Shown here one piece after another: positions 12,273 through 20,000 of a DNA stretch of 20,000 nt (within the stretch, counting starts at the first letter, position 1; each line of letters begins with the position of its first letter). The translations under genes were made by a program, and so were the position numbers. The notes beneath the pieces are model-generated. The model was given only the letters and a program-made list of their open reading frames with translations, had not been told where the DNA came from and did not search any database. Source of the stretch: Neolecta irregularis DAH-3 (taxonomy: Eukaryota); assembly GCA_001929475.1 (NCBI GenBank), contig LXFE01000211.1, forward strand, positions 52,561-72,560, in the 5' to 3' direction.

Positions 12273-12892
12273 CGTCGGAACTAACGACAAATTCCGAATT
12301 TATGGGCGAAGAATTTGGCTGATGGAGTAATGTGGATTTAAGGGAGAACTAAATCAGACTTGAGCTCGAAGCGGCCTCCGGGCTAGTACTCCACAGATCG
12401 CTCGACAACTAGTGTATTAAAGTACAGTGTGTGACTAATTTTGCAAAATACTCTTATTTGCAAGTTTTCTAAGTGCACAATGTGGAATAGCCCCAGGTAA
12501 TTTTTAGGTATGCCAATTTTGCGCTCGTTCGTAAAACGCATCAGAGCGAAGGGAAAGAACCCAGACCAAACGATTTCTGATGGTCACGAGATATAAGAAT
12601 GAGCAGTTTCTCTTAAAGATACCACTGTTCTCTCTGACCAGTATAGAGCCAAGCAAACAAACATTAATAGAGCAAAGTGAATGTGAAATTGCATTGAGCA
12701 TAACTCCTACCTGGAGTATCTAGTAATAGTAACGACTGTTGAATTCTGCGAGTAGAACCAGTTATGCACACAGGTGAAAAGCAACCTTTTACCTAGAAAA
12801 AAACAAACGCCCTGCCGAAAAACGAACAAAAGAAAACAAGATAAAAGACTTAATGCTGCCGATGAACCCTAAAATAAAGACAATAACAATGT

Positions 12893-15148
12893 TCACCCAC
12901 CGCGAACAGCTGATTTACTTCTAATTTTTGAATCTCCGTGGCCTAATTTTGAGACTTGAACTTGTTGACGTCTGGCGGATACTTGCCTGCGTTTCTATAA
13001 ATTATTATAATATACACCGCGAGACCATACCTGGTCGACTTGTCGTTGTGTAATTGGATCACCAAGAGGACTTCGTCGACGAAAACAAGCCTCCAATAAT
13101 TCGCCAGCGTTTATCAACCTTTTAGGAAGAGCTTGAACGACCTGAAAAATCATAGTTGGTTCTGTGACCGCGAGAATTTCCTGCTCGCCGTGTTTGAATA
13201 TGGTAAGTGCGACTTTGAAAAGAATTTTAGAACCTTCCCTATTGATCGTTAGAAGAAGAGGGAATATATACATACAAAAAGAAACAATCCCAAACGCGAA
13301 GAAGAGTTTCCCAGGGCAAGATACCGCAGAACATACTCATAAACCAAGATGCGGTAACGAGAGTGACTGGTGGCGGGGTAACTGCTATATCTTCTATGGT
13401 TTGAGCATTCGGATCTTCAAGACCACCCCCTAGTTTTGACCATATTGCTGGTTGGGTTTCCTTGATGAGCATACATAGGACAGCTTGGTCAACATTGGCG
13501 CCTATTAAAAATCAGTTGAATCCTGCAAGAAGAAATTACCTTCTAGATTCACATCATGAACACCAGGAAGATACTCTTGAGTGGTAATGAATAACATCCA
13601 AAAAGCTCTTTCTTCATCCATGAAGAGCAAAAGAATCCCAGTGATGAAATTGATACTCTGACAATAGCCAACCCGAGGACAATAATAAGCAAAGGCACGA
13701 AGAACTCTTCTCAACGCCTGGATAATAGGCGTCTCAATCAGTTTTGAATCTCGGCACTCGGGAGGTCGAAACAATGCACAGTCGGGAAACGTGCGATGCA
13801 AATCTCGCTCGATAATTTCCGAATCGGTTGTGTGCAACGAGGATGATTGTATTACTAAGCTTTTATAAAGCCCCGGATGCGCAGCCAATTTTGCAGGTCC
13901 GCCTGCGTAAAAGAACCAGGCCTACGACCAAGATCAGCCATGATTGAAAAAATATTAGTACCGCTCCTCGATATTCAGGAGGAATGCCTTTACGAATCTA
14001 CCACCAATAAGCAAACGGAAATATCACAAGAGGCCCTGACATATCGTCTAACTACACTGGGTAAGCCACAAACCCGGCGAAGAAGCATTGTACCCTTCGA
14101 GTTTTTAGGCGGAAATTTTGCGATAAAACTGCCTGCAACTATTCCATTTTCCCTAAGCAATCCATCCCATTTCTTCTTCCGTTCACGGACCCTTAATTGG
14201 TAATCTCGGTGCCAGGAATCGTATTCTTTTCGAGTTACATGTGCTGTCTGTTTGCGAAAACTGGACAGTAAATGTCTCTGCCCAATGACGAAGTATTCAC
14301 CCATATTGGTCACGTTCAGAATTCGGGGAGACAGACATAAATACTGGCGGTTCGTAGAACAGAGGACCCACTATATCGGTTATTGCGGAAGCTACGCCAT
14401 CTCCGATCAAAGGAATTTGTTCACTCAATGACTCTTCAGCGATAATATCATCTCGAAATCTGTTCATGTGTTGTGTAAGTGATGCGTCATTGATTCGATC
14501 CAGCGTTGAATTAACGAGAGAATTTTTCAACTGATCTGAGATTAATTTCCTCGCACTTTCAAGATCTGAAATCCTTTCCGGTTGTTGTGATACCCGAGTC
14601 GGTGCTGTAGATGAAGTCCCGGAAAGTGCTTGGATTGAAAATGGTATAGAAATTCGCGATGGGGCGGGTGATAAAGCTGCAATAGAACTAGCACACGCTG
14701 GGCTTGAAACTAAATCCGATCCCGAATCGTCTTCGTACAAGGCAAACAAATCATCAATTTCCCCATATGAACTGTCCTCAAAGAAGCCTTCCGGAAATTT
14801 CGTTTGAACAGCCAGTCGCTCTCTAGCGCGCGGCTTCTCTTTTTCCTGGTCATATATTTTGAAATTAGGAACAGAAACAGAGAGAGGCCGGCCAAGCTGA
14901 TAATACAAGGCATCATTTTGAATGGTTTCTTCTCGAGATCTCTTTTGCCTCTCAAGAGAATTCGGCTGTTGCAAAGACCTGGCAGAAACCTTAAAAGTAA
15001 GGGGGAGTTTCGGGTTTTTGAGGCTCGAACTTCTTGCTGACAGGCCAGCTGCATGTGTTTTGGAATTTGGTTCGAGAGGAAATGGATAATCTAACCTGTG
15101 GAAGTCGTTGAATCGATCCTGTATATCCTGATCCCTCAAAAACGACAT
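12893..15148 (-). CDS. TBC-domain Rab GTPase-activating protein (Msb3/Gyp3-like), about 8 exons
   Basis: RDQYGFRK, VRRY|IRKGIPPEYRGA|AWFFYAGG, IERDLHRTFP (Arg finger), VGYCQSINF (Gln finger), LLRVWDCFFLEGSKILFKVAL. Long low-complexity first exon. Confidence 0.9.
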
Positions 15149-15391
15149 CTGTATATATTCTATTCCGGAAATGACGAATTGACGAATACAAAATCAACCG
15201 AGCGATTGAATGCAGATCATTGGGGATATCTGCTGGTGTAGAAGGAACGGTAAGATTTGAAAGGCAGATTGGAAGGTCAGGTGTCGGTCAACAAATGATG
15301 TGGACACTTCACTTCCCCGCCAAACCGAAATTGGAATTTGCACCATATATAGTGTATCGCTTACTTCATATAAACGTATAATTCCGCTATC

Positions 15392-16880
<1,489 letters not shown>

Positions 16881-17748
16881 GGGTGCGCTAATCCCTCACT
16901 TTAGCTAGTTGAAGAGGTTTAATATCATTTTCCATACTTTTAATTTATGCAGTAGGGTATCTTAAAAGTACAAAATATACGGTTCTTGATAACAAATATC
17001 AGTCCTTGAATAAATCCGAAAGACATCGAGTTAACGATACAATCAAGTCAGCCGTCCACAAGGAAACGAGAAGCAGCAACTACTACAATAACCACAGCAC
17101 AAATTGGCAACCAGGCCAAGATGACTGTTGCATCTCTCGTCTTCGTTGGTATATCTGACTGAGTAGACCAGGAAAATCATTCAAAAAGCCAGTACTATGA
17201 CCTTCCCGCGAGAATTTCAATTTGGTAATCTGAGAATCAAGAAACAGCCTCACCTTTCATCTCTCACTCCAGAGAGAGCTTTAAATTGGTATTCACTTTG
17301 CTAGGGGAACAGGTTGATTGTTTTTAGGGCACCTGCTATGGTTCGATGGGGTCTTGCCGCCAGTGTTGGAAGTATTTCTCCCTGATTCCAGTGGTCTTTA
17401 AAATTTAGTCATGTACCTCGCTGCAAACATTCCCATGGTTCAGCGCGATCTCCTCCAGGTATTTGCTTAGCGTGAACTCTCTGACAGAAGGACATTCCAA
17501 TCGTAGGCGGATACTGGAATCGGGAAATTCCAGCTTCAGATAATCCCTTCTAAGTTCTTTATAAAATCAGGGCTTGTCAAAATTATACAGGAAATCTCGA
17601 TTGATGTTACATATATTATTGCATATACTCAGTGCGCCGGGATTTCCCCACCCTACCAACCTCCGATTGAACACATTGCCAATATCAGAAATAAAATTGA
17701 AAGATTGAAATTAGTCATTACATCATTGCCTTTTTGTAACCCCCAGGA

Positions 17749-18977
17749 TTATCTAGGGGCACGACTAGGAAAACATTGACGGGCTTTTGTGTCAATGTTC
17801 TAGAGTGAGTTAATGGTTTAAGATATTGCGAGATACCCATTCAACCAATCCCGTTTCTGTCCCAACAAATACCTTGTGTCCATCAGGTGAAAAGCATGCC
17901 CCAGCAATGTCTCTCATGCGATACGGCATTGCAGTAGGGACGCGTAAAATTTGATGTTTCTCACGATTCCTCGTGCACACCAAGTGCGCAAATCCATTTG
18001 CCTCCGTGAAAAGCAGTAGATCCAATGGTGCAGGGGCGTATCTTAATGTTCTTATTGCCCCGGAACGACGAGTGGGACGTGTGGAGTAAATGTTTGCCAT
18101 TTCACGGCCTAGATTGCGGGTATCATAGATTGCAACCACACCATCTTGAGAAGCTACTGCAAATTCAGAAGAGGATGGACTAAATGATGTTGCAAAAGCT
18201 GCTTCACCGGTGCCTTGCAGGCGTTTAGTTTGGCATTCGAACTCGTGAGATACCTTGTAACACAGGACCTTTGTGGAAAGCACCACTGGAATCAATATTA
18301 TGTAGAAACACTTCGGAAGTATCCCCTTGTTATCAATGATGGGACTCAGAGGAAAATATACCTACTGATACCAACATCTTGCCATCAGTGGAAACAGAAG
18401 AATGATTGATCTGTGTAGGAAACTTTAGCTCTCCATACATATTCCAGCGATGTGCATCGACAAGCTTGATGGATTTGTCGTTGTTACTGTGGTGAGTGAG
18501 CACCTTTGGACAGGAATTACCTGACAAGTAACCCTGGAGTTCCGCAAGGTCGGTCCCATATGAAGATGCTGTTATTGATACTTCCACCCAACTCCATAAA
18601 CAGCGGGGGCCGCTTCAAATCATCGTGCAGTTTATTGACGCATAGTTGTCCATCTTCTCCACCTCCGACGCAAATTAAACCGTGGTTGATACGAACCGAG
18701 CGTGGCGCGAAGGGAAATTCATGGGCTGCGCGGGTAACTTTTTGAGTTTTGGTATCGAGACAGCGCAGGACGTGGTCGGATACAAAGTAGACCTGCGAAG
18801 AAGTGTCTGGGCATGAAACTAGATCCCGGAGTTGCCAGTGTCTCGGACGTTAGTGCATGGGATGAAAGTTGTAAATTACTGAATAGTGATTTTGACATTT
18901 GAGTATTCTTTGCTCGCAGGGTTTGCTAGATGCGGCTCATACAGTCTGACCGACTCGTCATCGTCCGAAATAGTCAT
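17749..18977 (-). CDS. WD40/DUF2415 beta-propeller protein (Gid11/YLR149C-like), 6 exons
   Basis: QHWQLRDLV, LGGSINN, LVSNNDKSIK, INHSSVSTDGKMLVSVGD, FAVASQDGVVAIYDTR, GAIRTLRY..DLLLFTE, IAGACFSPDG..VFVGTETGLVEW|NIDTKARQCFPS. I recognise these motifs from the fungal DUF2415 family. Confidence 0.8.
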
Positions 18978-19219
18978 CGCTATTGGGGTTGCTTAACTCG
19001 GCTTGGTGGTTTCGGGGGATGTGGGGTGCAAGGCGCCATCTTGCAGAAGGTGGCAATCCGGGAGGCTGAGCAGCGCTTATATACATAACGTTACCCTTAG
19101 TCTACTCTTGATAAACGTCTAAAGCGAGCCAGGTATGGGAGATTGTGGCAGAGAGAAAACTGGTGATGCAGGAGATCCAGAAGCTCAGAGTTTTAAGATA
19201 GTATGTAAGACACAGAACC

Positions 19220-19400
19220 TGTAACGAAGACACGCCCTTAGAGTAAGCCGGATAGCGGTACAGGGAGTGGAGACTCCCTCGGCATATGAGAGAGGCATAA
19301 CTTAGACACTAAGTAGTCATGTGTATATAGTACCTGTGTGGAAGATAACCGTCATCCTTACGGTGACGACTAACCGCCACACAGTTAGCCCTCTGCTACA
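19220..19400 (-). mobile_element. Solo LTR (181 bp), same family as 8784..8969, opposite orientation; TSD GAACC/GAGCC (1 mismatch)
   Basis: Starts TGTAACG and ends GCTACA. Flanks are GAACC (19215..19219) and GAGCC (19401..19405). Its reverse complement shares TGTGGC.GT.AGTCGTCAC, GATGACGG, TATATACA, CTATCC and CGTTACA in colinear order with 8784..8969. Confidence 0.82.
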
Positions 19401-19831
19401 GAGCCCAGCTAAATAGGCAAGCGTGTTAAGAAGTATGGCAAATGAAATGAAAGAGAAAGTTTAAAAATAACCAGTCAAAGGGGCTACATATTGAGTGAGA
19501 AAACCCCGGCTGACAGTCCCGATTCGGAAATCTTGGAATTATACATAAAGAAACACCTTCCAAATTCTCATAGCGCAGCATGCTATGTATCGTTAGATTG
19601 AAAAGGCAAGGCATTGTGGCCAATATATGTAACACTGGGATGAATTTCAAAGACTGTTGTACCATAACTTATAGAATCTTTGACACAGACACATGATTAA
19701 TAGTCAAGATAGATATGTTGAAGCTATTGAATCGCAAAATTAATCTTTGATATTGCAAACTGATTTACTTGCTGTTTTATTGCTGCAGAAATCCATACCC
19801 CAACCACTATTATAGCATATCGAAATGATAC

Positions 19832-19960
19832 CAGGCATGATCAGACTTGCTAACAAGTAAGTCGTTCAAGTCAGACTTGCTTGCTTACTTGTTTATAAGC
19901 AAGTCCGGCGGACAAAAATAAGCAAGTAAGCAAGTTGGACTTGAATAGACTTGACTGTTT
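19832..19960. repeat. Imperfect nested inverted repeat built from ACTTG/CAAGT units; possible DNA-transposon/MITE end
   Basis: Ten ACTTG/CAAGT pentamers in about 110 bp. TTCAAGTCAGACTTGCTTGCTTACTTGTTTAT (19865..19896) pairs imperfectly with ATAAGCAAGTAAGCAAGTTGGACTTGAA (19918..19945). Direct repeat TCAGACTTGCT at 19841 and 19871. Confidence 0.7.
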
Positions 19961-20000
19961 AAGACTTTTAATGAGACATGGAATATTTTCTAAATATATC

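Noticed and set aside
16888-16935. 15-codon uORF upstream of the AAT2 PTS2 exon
   Set aside because: No evidence it lies within the transcript; ORFs of this size arise by chance.
19406-19830. Degraded coding or transposase remnant next to the LTR
   Set aside because: The plus-strand frames are broken by stops and the 79-aa minus ORF has no motif I recognise.

Overview
Gene-dense fungal nuclear DNA. The compact layout, tiny introns and fission-yeast-like proteins suggest an early-diverging ascomycete (Taphrinomycotina-like); this placement is inference only. I reconstructed ten spliced protein-coding genes by hand: a Psk1/Ypk3-type S6 kinase (truncated by the window), an unknown basic protein, a Phf1/Phf2-like PHD protein with an extra H15-like domain, glycerol kinase, ROT1, an Hba1/Yrb2-like Ran-binding protein, a ZNG1/CobW GTPase, a TBC Rab-GAP, aspartate aminotransferase and a DUF2415/Gid11-like WD40 protein. 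Intergenic DNA holds two diverged solo LTRs of one short family with 5-bp target-site duplications, and a palindromic ACTTG/CAAGT repeat cluster at the right edge. The main observations are (1) a PTS2 peroxisomal signal on aspartate aminotransferase that is completed only by splicing, ahead of a second ATG; (2) a relaxed splicing regime with about 48 very short introns (33-47 nt among those measured), many AAG acceptors, two GAG acceptors, two adjacent probable GC-AG introns and 11-12 nt micro-exons; (3) the PHD plus linker-histone-like domain fusion; (4) an Rps6-like RRRRASS motif protein head-to-head with the S6 kinase. Exon boundaries are manual and need RNA-seq confirmation.
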